Shown here: positions 46,441 through 56,431 of the stretch, piece by piece
Numbering within the stretch: position 1 is the stretch's first letter
Layout of the letters: every line of letters starts with the position of its first letter
Source: an uncultured Holophagales bacterium
GTDB lineage: Bacteria > Acidobacteriota > Thermoanaerobaculia > Multivoradales > UBA5704
Reading direction: 5' to 3'
DNA: 64,000 nt
NCBI GenBank assembly: GCA_963842525.1
Contig: CAWJGT010000003.1
Coordinates: 448,001 to 512,000 of the forward strand
Position numbers and translations under genes: made by a program
Notes under the pieces: generated by a model
Database searches by the model: none
What the model was told of the DNA's origin: nothing
The model's input: only the letters and a program-made list of their open reading frames with translations

Positions 46441-49400
46441 GCTGGCCGGCCGTATCCGCAGCGAAGCGCTCGCTGCCTACGCGCACCAGGACCTGCCGTT
46501 CGAGAGGCTGGTCGAGGAGCTGTCCCCCGAGCGGAGCCTGGCATACACGCCCCTCTTCCAGGTCATGGTCGTGTTGCAGAACACCCCTGCCGGCGAGCTC
46601 GCGCTGCCCGGTCTCACTCTGGCGCCCCTTGATACGGCCGGCGGGGAGCGCTCCGCCAAGCACGACCTGACTCTGTTTCTCCAGCCGGCAGGGGAGACGC
46701 TCGACGCTGCGTCCGTCTTCCGTCGCGACCTGTTCGACCACCCCACCGTGGAGCGTCTGCTGGGTCACTTCACCAACTTCCTCAAGGCAGCCGTGGCCGA
46801 TCCGGAGAACTCCATCGGCGAGCTGCCTCTGCTCTCGGAGCCCGAAAGCGCGCAGCTCCTCCTGGAGTGGAACGACACCGGTGCGCCGCAGGCAAGGCTC
46901 TGTCTCCATGAGATTTTCGCAGCGCAGGCGGAGCGGACCCCCGCCGCGATCGCGGTGGAGATCGAGGAGGAGGCTCTGACCTATCGCGAGCTGGCGGAGA
47001 GAGCCGGCCGGCTGGCGGACCGTCTGCGCGCGCTCGGGGTCGGGCCGGATGTGCTGGCCGGCATCTGCCTCGAGCGGTCGTTCGACCTGGTGACCGCCCT
47101 GGTCGCTACACTGGCGGCCGGCGGTGCCTATCTGCCCCTCGATCCCGAATATCCACGCGAGCGGCTCGCGCTGCTGCTCGCGGACGCCAGGCCGGCGGTG
47201 GTCCTCACGCGCAGCGATCTGCGCCCTCTCTTCGGGGAGCCGCCATCCGGCGCGCCCTGCGTGCTCTGTGTCGACGAGGAGGGCCTCCCGGTCGCCGCAT
47301 CCCCGATCTCCGCGGTACAGCCCGCAAACCTGGCGTGCCTCCTCTACACCTCGGGATCGACGGGCCGGCCCAAGGGGGTGATGGCCACTCACGCGGGCAT
47401 GGTCAACCGCCTGCTCTGGGCGCAGCGGGTCTATCCCCTGGGCCCGCAGGACCGGGTGCTGCAGAGCGCTTCGTTCAGCTTCGACTTCGCGCTGTGGGAA
47501 ATCTTCGCTCCGTGGCTGGCCGGTGCCCGCGTGGTGCTCGCCCGGCCCGGCGGGCACCGCGACAGCGCCTACCTGGTGGACCTCATCGCGTCGCGCGGCA
47601 TCACGGTGGCGCACTTCATCCCCTCCATGCTGCGGGTCCTCCTGGAGGAGGAGGGTGTCGAGCGCTGCCGCTCGCTGCGCCTGGTCCTCTCGGGCGGCGA
47701 GCCCCTCTCCGTCGAGCTGCGGGAGCGGTTCTTCCGCCGTCTGGGCGCCGAGCTGCGCAACCAGTATGGCCCTACCGAGGCTTCCATCGACGTGAACCAC
47801 TGGCTCTGTCACCCCAGGGAGGGCTCGGGCGCGGTGCCCATCGGCCGCCCCGTCGACAATACGCGCATCCTCCTGCTGGACCGCGGGTTGCGTCCCGTGC
47901 CTGCCGGTGTTCCTGGCGAGCTCTGCATCGGCGGAGTCGCGCTCGCCCGCGGCTATCTGGGCCGTCCCGAGCTGACCGCCGAGCGGTTCGTGCCCGATCC
48001 CTGGTGCCCTGGCGAGCGCCTCTACCGGACGGGCGACGTGGCGCGCTACCGCTCCGATGGAGCCGTCGAATTCCTCGGCCGCCTCGATCATCAGGTCAAG
48101 ATCCGCGGCTTCCGGATCGAGCCGGGAGAGATCGAGGCTGTCCTGGAGTCGCTGGCCGGCGTGCGTGCGGCCGTTTTGGAGGTGCGGGGTGAGGGGCCGT
48201 CTCGACGTCTGGTGGCCTATGTTGTGCCGCAGGAGCCACCAACGGACCTGACACTCGCCGGGCTGCGCGCGGCTCTCCAGGGCCTCCTGCCGGAGTTCAT
48301 GGTCCCGTCCGCCTGGGTGCTGCTGCCCGAGCTGCCGCTCACCCCGAACGGCAAGCTGGACCGTCGTGCTTTGCCGGAGCCCGAGGCGCCGGCCGGCCGG
48401 GAGACCACGGACGCGGTGCCGCGGACGCCGGTCGAGGAGCTCATCGCCGGCATCTGGGCCGACCTCCTGGGCTACGCCCGAGTGGGGATCCACGATGACT
48501 TCTTCGACCTCGGCGGCCATTCGCTGCTGGCGACCCGGGTCGTGTCGCGCATCCGGGCCGCCTGCCGCGTCGAGCTGCCGTTGCGCACCCTGTTCGAGGC
48601 GCCGACCGTGGCCGGGCTCGCGGCGGCGGTGGAAGCCGCGGTGTGGACGGGCAAGACCGCCTCTCCACCCATCCTTCCGCGGCCCCAGAGCGGAGAGGCG
48701 CCGCTCTCCTTTGCCCAGCAGCGGCTCTGGTTCCTGGCGCAGCTCGAGCCGGAGAGCGCGGCCTATAACGTGCCCGCGGCCGTGCGGCTGACCGGCGCTC
48801 TCGACCGGGCCGCCCTTGCGGCCGCCCTCGGTGGGATCGTGGCACGCCACGAAGCGCTGCGGACTTCGTTCCCAACCGTAGCAGGGGAGCCGGTCCAGAA
48901 GGTCGCCCCGGCGGACGGTCCCTTCGAGCTGCCGCTGATCGACCTTGGCGCGCTGTCGGAGCCTGTGGCGGAGGCCCGCCGGTTGGTTGCGGCGGAGGCG
49001 CTGCGCCCGTTCGATGTGACGCGCGGGCCGCTCCTGCGCGGCGCGCTGCTGCGCCTGGAGGCCGCGGAGCACATCGCGCTGTTGTCCATGCACCACATCG
49101 TCTCGGACGCCTGGTCGAGCGGTGTGCTGATCCGCGAGCTGGCCGTCCTCTATGCCGCCTGCCGCGAAGGGCGTCCCTCACCGCTGCCGCCCCTGCCCGT
49201 GCAATACGCCGACTTCGCGGTCTGGCAGCGGAGCTGGATGCAGGGCGAGGCCCTGGAGTCGCTGCTCGCCTTCTGGCGCGAGCGGCTGGCCGGTGCGCCG
49301 GCCGTGCTGGAGCTGCCCGCGGACCGCCCGCGGCCGGCGATCCCCTCCGGCAGAGGTGGCCTGCGCACGGCCCGGATCGACGGCGGGCTCGCCGGCGCTC

Positions 49401-52400
49401 TCGCGCAGCTCGGCCGGCGCGAGGGGCTCACCCTCTTCATGACCCTGCTTGCGGCCTGGGATACGCTGCTCTTCCGGCTGTCCGGACAGACGGACCTGGT
49501 CGTCGGCTCTCCGATCGCCAACCGCAACCGGGTCGAGACCGAAGGGCTCATCGGCTTCTTCACCAACACCCTGGCCCTGCGCGCGCGGCTCGCGCCTGAG
49601 ATGGGCTTCCGGGAGCTGTCCGAGCGGGTGCGGGAGGAAGCTCTCCTGGCCTTCTCGCATCAGGACCTGCCGTTCGAGCGCCTGGTCGAGGAGCTGGCTC
49701 CGGAGCGGTCGCTCGCGCACACGCCGCTGTTCCAGGTGCTGTTCACCCTACAGAACGCGCCCACCGGCAAGCTTGCCCTCGCAGGCCTCACCCTGGCGCC
49801 CCTGGAGCCCGTGGGGCGGACGGCGAAGTTCGATCTCAGCCTCTTCCTGGCCGAGACGGGCAACGGGCTCTCTGCCATGCTCGAATTCGCCGCCGATCTG
49901 TTCGACGCGACCACGGCAAGCCGGATTCTGGAGCGCTTCCGGACGGTGCTCGAAGGGGTGGTGGAGGATCCGGAGGGCAGCCTGGCGGAGCTGCCGCTTC
50001 TGCCCGCGGCCGAGCGCCACCAGATCCTCGCCGAATGGAACGACGTTTCTGTCTGGGGTGGTTCCCCCTGCGTCCACCACCTCGTCGAGGCGCAGGCGCG
50101 GTGGACCCCGGAGGCGATCGCCGTCCTGGCTCCCGACGGCACAGAGCTCTCCTACGGAGACCTCGACCGGCGGGCGGACCGGCTGGCGCGCCGGCTGCGC
50201 GAGCTGGGCATGCGGCCGGACGACCGCGTCGGCGTCTGCCTGGAGCGGAGCTGGGAGGGGGTGGCGGCCCTGCTTGCCGTGCTCAAGGCCGGCGGCTGCT
50301 ATCTGCCGCTTGATCCCGCCTATCCCCAGGAGCGGCTGGCCTTCATGCTGGCCGACGCCGCCGCGCCGGTGATCGTCACCCGCGACCGGCTGGCCGCGGC
50401 GTTGCCGCCGCATGGCGCTCATGTGCTGTCTCTCGATAGCGGCTGGCCCGAGCAGGAGAACGGGAGAGACCTCCCCACGGTCGGCCCCGACCACCTGTCC
50501 TACGTCATCTACACCTCCGGCTCGACGGGCCGGCCCAAGGGGGTCGCCCTGCCACACCGCACGCTGGCCAACCTGATCGCCTGGCAGATCGGCGCCTCGG
50601 CGGCTCCGGCCGGCAGGACCTTGCAGTTTGCCTCGCCGAGCTTCGATGTATCGGTCCAGGAGGTCTTTGCGACCTGGGCCGCGGGTGCCACCCTGGTGCT
50701 GGTGCCCGAGGAGGTCCGCAGCGATGCCGAGGCCTTGCTGCGCCGCCTGCGTGAGGCCCGCGTCGAGCGCCTGTTCCTGCCCTTCGTCGCCCTCCAGCAG
50801 CTCGCCGAGGCCGCAGTCGGGGAGGATGAAGAGCTGTCGCTGCGGGAGGTCGTCACCGCGGGCGAGCAGCTCCAGATCACCCCCGAGGTGCGGGCGCTTT
50901 TCTCGCGCCTGCCCGGCTGCGTGCTGCGCAACCAGTACGGGCCGTCCGAGACCCATGTGGTCACCGAGGCCTCGCTGTGGCCGGGTGGTGTGGAGGAGTG
51001 GCCGGCGCTGCCTCCCATCGGCCGGCCGATCGCTGCCACCGCGGTCCACTTGCTGGACCCGCGCGGCCTGCCGGTGCCGGCCGGCGTGCCAGGGGAGGTC
51101 CACCTGGGCGGCGCCGGGTTGGCGCGCGGCTACCTGGGACAGCCGGAGCTGACCGCGGAGCGGTTCGTCCCCGATCCCTGGGGCCGGGGCGACCGGCTGT
51201 ACCGGACCGGGGACCTGGCGCGCCGGCGTCCGGACGGCGAGGTCGAGTTCCTCGGCCGTATCGATCACCAGGTGAAGATCCGCGGCTTCCGCGTCGAGTT
51301 GGGGGAGATCGAGGCCGCGCTGGCGACGCATCCGGCGGTGCGCGAGGCCGTGGTCGTGGTCCAAGGTCGAGGAGCGTCCAAGCGCCTGGTGGCTTGCATC
51401 CTGCCGGCGGAGGGTGTGCAGGAGCTGCGCGAGCCGCTGCGGGCACACCTGCGGGAGCGGCTGCCGGACTACATGGTGCCGTCGGCCTTCGTGGCAGTGG
51501 AGCGGTTTCCGCTGACGCCGAGCGGCAAGGTGGACCGGCGGGCCCTGGCCGCGAGCGGACCGGAGTTGCAAGAAGCGAACACTGCCGGCGCGGCTCCGCG
51601 CACCCCGGTGGAGGAGGTGCTGGCCGGCATCTTTGGCGAGGTGCTGAGGCTCGCCTCTGTAAGCGTACGAGACAACTTCTTCGATCTGGGCGGCCACTCG
51701 CTGCTGGCCACGCGAGTCGTCTCCCGGATACGCGCCGCCTTCGGCATCGAGCTGCCGTTGCGTGCCCTGTTCGAGACGCCGGCCGTGGAGGGGCTCGCCC
51801 GCACGGTCGAGGCCTCCCTGCGGTCCGGGGTGGCCCCGGCGCCTCCTATCGTCCCCGTGGGACGGGACGGCGATCTGCCGCTGTCCTTCGCCCAGCAGCG
51901 GCTCTGGTTCCTCGACCAGATGGAGCCGGGCAGCCCGGCCTACAACATGCCGGCCGCGGTGCGTCTGAGCGGTCGCCTCTCTCCGGCTGCCCTGGAGGCG
52001 AGCCTGGCCGAGATCGTGGCTCGTCATGAGGTGCTACGCACCCGCTTCGAGCAGGCAGGGGGAGAGCCGGTGCAGCGGATCCTGCCTGCGGGCGGCCGGG
52101 ACCTGCCGCTCGCCGATCTGGCCGGCCTGCCGGAAGGTGCGCGCGAGGCCGAGGCCCACCGTCTGGCGGCGGCGGAAGCCGTTCGGCCGTTCGATCTGGC
52201 CCGCGGGCCGCTGCTGCGCGGCGTGCTGCTGCGGCTGGAGGCCGGGGAGCACGTAGCCCTCCTGACCATGCACCACATCGCTTCGGATGGCTGGTCCATG
52301 GACCTGCTGGTCCGTGAGCTGGCGGCGCTCTATCCGGCCTTCGCGGCCGGCCTCCCATCGCCGCTCCCGCCACTGCCGGTGCAGTACGGCGACTTCGCGG

Positions 52401-55400
52401 TCTGGCAGCGGAGCTGGCTCCAGGGCGAGACCCTGGAGGCGCAGCTCGCCTTCTGGCGGCAGCGGCTGGCCGGCGCTCCACCTGTCCTGGAGTTGCCCAC
52501 CGACCGGCCGCGTTCGGCCGTGCGTAGCGGACGGGGCGCGGTCCTGCCCTTCCGCCTCTCCGGAGAACTCGCCGGCACGCTCGCCGCCTTCTCCCGGCAG
52601 GAGGGCGCGACCCTGTTCATGGTCCTGCTGGCGGCCTTGGAAACCCTGCTCTTCCGCATCACAGGCCTGGACGACCTGGTGGTGGGGGCTCCCATCGCCA
52701 ACCGCAACCGGGCCGAGATCGAGGGCCTGATCGGGTTCTTCGTCAACACGCTGGCCTTACGCGGCCGGCTCTCCCCCCGCGGCTCGTTCCGGGATCTGGC
52801 GGCCCGGACGCGCGACGAGACGCTCGGTGCCTATGCGCACCAGGATCTGCCGTTCGAGCGCCTGGTCGAGGAGCTGGCGCCCCAGCGCGATCTCGGACGC
52901 ACGCCCCTGTTCCAGGTGATGCTCGTGCTCCAGAACGCCCCGGGCGGCGCGCTGGAGCTGCCCGGGCTCACCCTCGCGCCGCTCCCGGTCGAGGCGAGCA
53001 CCGCCAAGCACGACCTCACGCTCGCTCTGGCGGAGAGAGGGGCCAGGCTGACCGGCGCCCTGGAGTACGACCGCGACCTGTTCGACCGGGCGACGGCAGT
53101 GCGGCTGGTGGGATGGCTGGAGACGCTGCTGGAGGGGGCGGCCGCCGATCCCGGCCTGTCCCTGGTCGAGCTGCCTCTGCTGTCCGCCGGCGAGCGGCGC
53201 GAGCTGCTGGAAGACTGGAACCACGCCGCCACGGCCTATCCGCGGGAGGCGACCCTCCGCGAGCTGTTCGAGGCGCAGGCCGACCTCGTCCCGGACGCTG
53301 TCGCCGTGGTCTTCGGCGCGGAGGCCGTGACCTACCGCGAGTTGGACCGGCGCGCGAACCGTCTCGCTCACCGGCTGCGCACCCTGGGCGTCGGCCCGGA
53401 GGTGCTCGTCGCCCTCCTGGCCGAGCGCTCGCTCGAGCTGATCGTCGCCCTGTTGGGCGTCCTCAAGGCCGGAGGCGCCTACGCGCCCCTCGACCCCGCC
53501 TTCCCGCCCGAGCGGCTGGCCCTGCTCCTCGAGGATCTCGGGGCCCCGGTGGTCCTCGCCCAGGAGCATCTCGCCGAGCGCCTGCCGGCGGGTGCCCGGG
53601 CCGTCCGGCTGGTGGAGGTCTGCGCAGGCGGCAGCGAGGAGCGGCTCTCCGTCCCTGTGGCCGCCGCGGGCCTCGCCTATGTGATGTACACCTCCGGCTC
53701 GACCGGGCTCCCCAACGGGGTGGCGGTCGTCCACCGGGCGGTCGTGCGACTCGTGCGGGAGACCGGATATGCGCTCTTCGGGCCTGGGGAGGTCTGGGCT
53801 CAGCTCGCTCCCATGGCCTTCGACGCCTCGACGCTGGAGGTCTGGGGCGCTCTGCTCCACGGCGGCCGCCTGACCGTCCTGCCGCCCGGAGCCCTGTCGC
53901 TTGGTGAGCTGCGGCACGTGCTCGCAACGTACGAGGTCACTTCTCTCTGGCTGACCGCGGGTCTGTTCCACCAGATGGCCGAGGAGGGCCTGACCGGGCT
54001 CGGCGCCGTACGCCAGCTCCTCGCCGGTGGTGACGTGCTCTCGCCCGAGCGCGTGCGCAGGGCCCTGGCGTCCCTGCCCGGCTGCCGCCTGATCAACGGC
54101 TACGGCCCCACGGAAAACACCACCTTCACCTGCTGCCACGCGATGAGCCGGCCGGACGAGGTGGTCTCGCCGGTGCCGCTGGGCCGGCCCATCGCCAACA
54201 CACGGGTCTGGCTGCTCGACGCCGAGCTGAATCCGGTGCCGGTGGGAGTGGCCGGAGAGCTCTATGCCGGCGGCGACGGCCTAGCGCGGGGTTACTTGAA
54301 CCGGCCGGCATTGACCGCGGAGCGGTTCGTCCCGGACCTCCATAGCGGCGAGCCCGGAGGACGGTTGTACCGGACGCGGGACCTGGCGCGCTGGCGGGCG
54401 GACGGGACCGTGGAGTTTCTCGGCCGGCTCGACCAGCAGGTCAAGCTGCGCGGGTTCCGGGTGGAGCCGGGCGAGGTGGAGGCGGCGCTGGCCGCGCTTC
54501 CCGCGGTGCACGAGGCGGCAGTGGTGGTGCAGGGCACAGGGGCGGACCGGCGCCTGGCGGCGTTCGTGGTCGGGGAGGTGGACCGCGCCGAGCTGCGCCG
54601 CCATCTCGAGCCGCGCCTGCCGGCCTGGATGGTGCCGTCGGCCTTCGTGGTCCTGGAAGCGCTGCCGCTGACGCCCAACGGCAAGGTGGACCGCCGCGCC
54701 CTGGCGGCTTTGGAGACGGCCGTGGAACGCGCCGCGGACCTGGTGCTGCCACGCACACCGATGGAGGAGCTGCTCTCCGGGATGTGGGCCGAGGTGCTGA
54801 GGCTCCAGGCCGTCGGCCGCGACGACGATTTCTTCGCCCTCGGCGGCCACTCGCTGCTGGCCACGCAGCTTGTCTCGCGCCTGCGCTCGCTACTCGGAGT
54901 GGAGATGCCGCTGCGCACCCTCTTCGAGCACCCGACCCTCGGCGGGCTCGCGGCGTGGCTGGAGGGAGAGCGCCAGGGCACCCTATCCGCCGAGCCTGTC
55001 CTGCCCGTGCCCCGCGACCGCGACCTGCCCCTGTCCTTCGCCCAGCAGCGCCTCTGGTTCCTCGATCAGCTCGAGCCCGGGAGCTCGGCCTACAACATCC
55101 CCTCTGCTCTGCGTCTCACCGGCGCGCTCAACCGGGAAGCTCTGGCCGCCAGTCTCGACGAGGTGGTGGCGCGCCATGAAACACTGCGCACCACCTTCGG
55201 CTTTGCGGGAAGGGAACCGGTCCAGCGCATCGCTCCGCATGGCTCCCGGTCCCTGCCGTTGATCGATCTGGCCGGCCTGCCAGAGGCCCGCCAAGAGGGG
55301 GAGGCCCGGCGCCTGGCCGACGAAGAGGCGCGCTCCCCGTTCGACCTGTCGCGCGGCTCTCTGATCCGCAGCGCGCTCCTGCGTCTGGCGGACCAGGAAC

Positions 55401-56407
55401 ATCTCCTGCTTCTGACGGTGCATCACATCGTCTGCGACGGATGGTCCAGCGGAATCCTGGTCCGCGAGATGGCGGCGCTCTACGCGGCCTTCGCGACCGG
55501 CCGCCCCTCTCCCCTGCCACCGCTGCGGGTGCAGTACGCCGACTTCGCCGCCTGGCAGCGGGACTGGATGCGCGGCGCGGCGCTGGAGGCCCAGGTCTCG
55601 TACTGGCGGGAACGCTTGGCGGGCGCACCTCACCTGCTGGAGCTGCCCGTCGACCGGGAGCGGCCGGCCGTCCAGAGCTTCCGCGGCGGCTGCGAGACCT
55701 TCACCTTCTCGCGGGAGCTGGCCACGTCTCTCGAGAGACTCGCCCGCAGTGAAGGCGTCACGATGTTCATGGCCCTGCTCGCGGGCTTCAAGGGGTTGCT
55801 GCACCTCCGCAGCGGAGTGACCGACGTCGTGATCGGAACCAACGTGGCCAACCGGAGCCGGCCGGAGATCGAGCCGCTGATCGGTTTTTTCGTCAACATG
55901 ATTGTGCTGCGGACCGACCTCTCCGGGGACCCGACGTTCCGCGAGTTGCTCGCGCGGGTCCGGGAGGTCGCCCTGGGGGCCTACTCCCACCAAGACCTGC
56001 CGTTCGAGCGGCTGGTCGAGATCTTGCGCCCGGAGAGGAGCCTGAGCCGTCAGCCGCTCTTCCAGGCCGTGTTCTCGCTGCAGAACGCACCGGCCGGAGA
56101 GGCCGTCGATCTCGCGGGCCTGGATCTCCGCTCGATGGCGATCGAAAGGAAGTCCGTGAAATACGACCTGGTGGTGAACATGTGGCACGCCGAAGGGCGG
56201 CTCGCGGGCTCCATGGAATACAGCCGGGACCTCTTCGAGGCCGAGTCGGTGCGGCGATTGTGGCAGCAGCTCGGGCGCCTCCTCGAGAGCGCCGTGGCAG
56301 CGCCCGACACCCGGCTGCGGAGCCTCAACATCCTGTCGCAGCGGGAAAGAGAGCTGCTCAGGGTCGAGGTGCGGGTGGAGGAGCTGGCCGAGGAGTTCTC
56401 TTTTTAA
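45905..56407 (+). CDS. Giant NRPS segment 4: C7-A(X)-T-C-A(Pro-like)-T-C-A(Val)-T-C(terminal, no A)
   Basis: Begins at the HHIVSDGWS of C7; three A-T pairs; ends with a full C domain (HHIVCDGWS) and a tail VEELAEEFSF; no TE or R domain. Confidence 0.93.
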   Translation: MHHIVSDGWSSSVLIRELGALYPAMSVGGAGQPSPLPELPVQYADFAVWQRGWLQGEALESRLRYWRERLAGAPPVLELPADRPRPAVAGVRGGLCRRELGADLTARLQAFGRRQGTTLFMTLLAAFKALLGRSTRQEDLLVGTPVANRNRAEVEDLIGFFVNTLVLRTDLSGDPTFLELAGRIRSEALAAYAHQDLPFERLVEELSPERSLAYTPLFQVMVVLQNTPAGELALPGLTLAPLDTAGGERSAKHDLTLFLQPAGETLDAASVFRRDLFDHPTVERLLGHFTNFLKAAVADPENSIGELPLLSEPESAQLLLEWNDTGAPQARLCLHEIFAAQAERTPAAIAVEIEEEALTYRELAERAGRLADRLRALGVGPDVLAGICLERSFDLVTALVATLAAGGAYLPLDPEYPRERLALLLADARPAVVLTRSDLRPLFGEPPSGAPCVLCVDEEGLPVAASPISAVQPANLACLLYTSGSTGRPKGVMATHAGMVNRLLWAQRVYPLGPQDRVLQSASFSFDFALWEIFAPWLAGARVVLARPGGHRDSAYLVDLIASRGITVAHFIPSMLRVLLEEEGVERCRSLRLVLSGGEPLSVELRERFFRRLGAELRNQYGPTEASIDVNHWLCHPREGSGAVPIGRPVDNTRILLLDRGLRPVPAGVPGELCIGGVALARGYLGRPELTAERFVPDPWCPGERLYRTGDVARYRSDGAVEFLGRLDHQVKIRGFRIEPGEIEAVLESLAGVRAAVLEVRGEGPSRRLVAYVVPQEPPTDLTLAGLRAALQGLLPEFMVPSAWVLLPELPLTPNGKLDRRALPEPEAPAGRETTDAVPRTPVEELIAGIWADLLGYARVGIHDDFFDLGGHSLLATRVVSRIRAACRVELPLRTLFEAPTVAGLAAAVEAAVWTGKTASPPILPRPQSGEAPLSFAQQRLWFLAQLEPESAAYNVPAAVRLTGALDRAALAAALGGIVARHEALRTSFPTVAGEPVQKVAPADGPFELPLIDLGALSEPVAEARRLVAAEALRPFDVTRGPLLRGALLRLEAAEHIALLSMHHIVSDAWSSGVLIRELAVLYAACREGRPSPLPPLPVQYADFAVWQRSWMQGEALESLLAFWRERLAGAPAVLELPADRPRPAIPSGRGGLRTARIDGGLAGALAQLGRREGLTLFMTLLAAWDTLLFRLSGQTDLVVGSPIANRNRVETEGLIGFFTNTLALRARLAPEMGFRELSERVREEALLAFSHQDLPFERLVEELAPERSLAHTPLFQVLFTLQNAPTGKLALAGLTLAPLEPVGRTAKFDLSLFLAETGNGLSAMLEFAADLFDATTASRILERFRTVLEGVVEDPEGSLAELPLLPAAERHQILAEWNDVSVWGGSPCVHHLVEAQARWTPEAIAVLAPDGTELSYGDLDRRADRLARRLRELGMRPDDRVGVCLERSWEGVAALLAVLKAGGCYLPLDPAYPQERLAFMLADAAAPVIVTRDRLAAALPPHGAHVLSLDSGWPEQENGRDLPTVGPDHLSYVIYTSGSTGRPKGVALPHRTLANLIAWQIGASAAPAGRTLQFASPSFDVSVQEVFATWAAGATLVLVPEEVRSDAEALLRRLREARVERLFLPFVALQQLAEAAVGEDEELSLREVVTAGEQLQITPEVRALFSRLPGCVLRNQYGPSETHVVTEASLWPGGVEEWPALPPIGRPIAATAVHLLDPRGLPVPAGVPGEVHLGGAGLARGYLGQPELTAERFVPDPWGRGDRLYRTGDLARRRPDGEVEFLGRIDHQVKIRGFRVELGEIEAALATHPAVREAVVVVQGRGASKRLVACILPAEGVQELREPLRAHLRERLPDYMVPSAFVAVERFPLTPSGKVDRRALAASGPELQEANTAGAAPRTPVEEVLAGIFGEVLRLASVSVRDNFFDLGGHSLLATRVVSRIRAAFGIELPLRALFETPAVEGLARTVEASLRSGVAPAPPIVPVGRDGDLPLSFAQQRLWFLDQMEPGSPAYNMPAAVRLSGRLSPAALEASLAEIVARHEVLRTRFEQAGGEPVQRILPAGGRDLPLADLAGLPEGAREAEAHRLAAAEAVRPFDLARGPLLRGVLLRLEAGEHVALLTMHHIASDGWSMDLLVRELAALYPAFAAGLPSPLPPLPVQYGDFAVWQRSWLQGETLEAQLAFWRQRLAGAPPVLELPTDRPRSAVRSGRGAVLPFRLSGELAGTLAAFSRQEGATLFMVLLAALETLLFRITGLDDLVVGAPIANRNRAEIEGLIGFFVNTLALRGRLSPRGSFRDLAARTRDETLGAYAHQDLPFERLVEELAPQRDLGRTPLFQVMLVLQNAPGGALELPGLTLAPLPVEASTAKHDLTLALAERGARLTGALEYDRDLFDRATAVRLVGWLETLLEGAAADPGLSLVELPLLSAGERRELLEDWNHAATAYPREATLRELFEAQADLVPDAVAVVFGAEAVTYRELDRRANRLAHRLRTLGVGPEVLVALLAERSLELIVALLGVLKAGGAYAPLDPAFPPERLALLLEDLGAPVVLAQEHLAERLPAGARAVRLVEVCAGGSEERLSVPVAAAGLAYVMYTSGSTGLPNGVAVVHRAVVRLVRETGYALFGPGEVWAQLAPMAFDASTLEVWGALLHGGRLTVLPPGALSLGELRHVLATYEVTSLWLTAGLFHQMAEEGLTGLGAVRQLLAGGDVLSPERVRRALASLPGCRLINGYGPTENTTFTCCHAMSRPDEVVSPVPLGRPIANTRVWLLDAELNPVPVGVAGELYAGGDGLARGYLNRPALTAERFVPDLHSGEPGGRLYRTRDLARWRADGTVEFLGRLDQQVKLRGFRVEPGEVEAALAALPAVHEAAVVVQGTGADRRLAAFVVGEVDRAELRRHLEPRLPAWMVPSAFVVLEALPLTPNGKVDRRALAALETAVERAADLVLPRTPMEELLSGMWAEVLRLQAVGRDDDFFALGGHSLLATQLVSRLRSLLGVEMPLRTLFEHPTLGGLAAWLEGERQGTLSAEPVLPVPRDRDLPLSFAQQRLWFLDQLEPGSSAYNIPSALRLTGALNREALAASLDEVVARHETLRTTFGFAGREPVQRIAPHGSRSLPLIDLAGLPEARQEGEARRLADEEARSPFDLSRGSLIRSALLRLADQEHLLLLTVHHIVCDGWSSGILVREMAALYAAFATGRPSPLPPLRVQYADFAAWQRDWMRGAALEAQVSYWRERLAGAPHLLELPVDRERPAVQSFRGGCETFTFSRELATSLERLARSEGVTMFMALLAGFKGLLHLRSGVTDVVIGTNVANRSRPEIEPLIGFFVNMIVLRTDLSGDPTFRELLARVREVALGAYSHQDLPFERLVEILRPERSLSRQPLFQAVFSLQNAPAGEAVDLAGLDLRSMAIERKSVKYDLVVNMWHAEGRLAGSMEYSRDLFEAESVRRLWQQLGRLLESAVAAPDTRLRSLNILSQRERELLRVEVRVEELAEEFSF

Positions 56408-56431
56408 AGGGATCAGCGAAAGGAAGCGGCA

